DNA from: an uncultured Planctomycetaceae bacterium
Lineage (GTDB): Bacteria; Planctomycetota; Planctomycetia; Isosphaerales; Isosphaeraceae
Assembly: GCA_963833985.1 (NCBI GenBank)
Contig: CAWIAD010000002.1
Coordinates: 3,296,001 to 3,360,000 of the forward strand
Direction: 5' to 3'
Length of the DNA stretch: 64,000 bases
This document shows positions 63,761-64,000 of the stretch, piece by piece. The stretch's first letter is position 1, and every line of letters begins with the position of its first letter. Both the position numbers and the translations under genes were made by a program. Below the pieces are notes generated by a model. It was not told the DNA's origin. It saw nothing but the letters and a program-made list of their open reading frames with translations, and did no database searches.

Positions 63761-64000
63761 ATGCCCTCCAAGACAGCACCGCAAGCTTACAACGGTCTTT
63801 CCAGCGGCGTCCCGGTCTTCCCTGCCGGTTGCGGTGACGACGAACCAGAGCCGGTGCGGAAACAGGCCGGCACGCCCGTTGACCTGGAACGAATCCAGCG
63901 AGCCGTCCGCGAGATCTTGCTGGCGGTTGGCGAGGACCCGGACCGCGAGGGTCTGCGGCAGACTCCCGATCGCGTGGCCCGCATGTACGCCGAGGTCTTC
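63761..64000 (+). CDS. folE: GTP cyclohydrolase I, 5' part
   Basis: Manual translation: ...[41 protein letters not shown]. Confidence 0.92.
   Translation, partial: MPSKTAPQAYNGLSSGVPVFPAGCGDDEPEPVRKQAGTPVDLERIQRAVREILLAVGEDPDREGLRQTPDRVARMYAEVF

Noticed and set aside
59677..64000. queG-metF-nth-folE as a novel DNA/tRNA modification cluster
   Set aside because: Ordinary housekeeping genes on opposite strands; no queC/D/E or dpd genes here

Overview
GC-rich bacterial DNA with a planctomycete signature (most like Isosphaeraceae; inferred from DUF1559 prepilin-type genes, LEPR-XLL-type secreted proteins and ECF sigma/Ser-Thr kinase pairs). About 15 otherwise intact genes carry single-base frameshifts, which suggests an uncorrected long-read assembly. 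Layout: (i) 1-11070 is an accessory hotspot with two paralogous cassettes. The complete one encodes a DUF1573 lipoprotein, a DUF1559 prepilin-like protein, a secreted 8-Cys peptide with a double-glycine-like leader, a membrane-anchored exported protein and an exported C39 peptidase. Both DUF1573 genes are out of frame at a C10-11 tract right after the lipobox, and the cassettes are bordered by fragments of neighbouring core genes. (ii) An envelope/LPS operon (GT-C, WaaP-like kinase, GT4, nucleotidyltransferase, PlsY fused to a beta-propeller). (iii) Three ECF sigma + giant Ser/Thr kinase modules, BlaI/BlaR1, HxlR/SDR and ArsR/SRPBCC pairs with visible operators, and a small protein ending in the SSB tail motif DDIPF. 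(iv) Several repeat families. (v) B12 radical SAM and fatty-acid desaturase genes, then a tRNA-Ile(CAU) split by a 362-nt group I intron. (vi) GT-C genes, queG, metF, nth, a LON-N domain gene and the start of folE. All family calls are motif recognition by eye; no searches were run.
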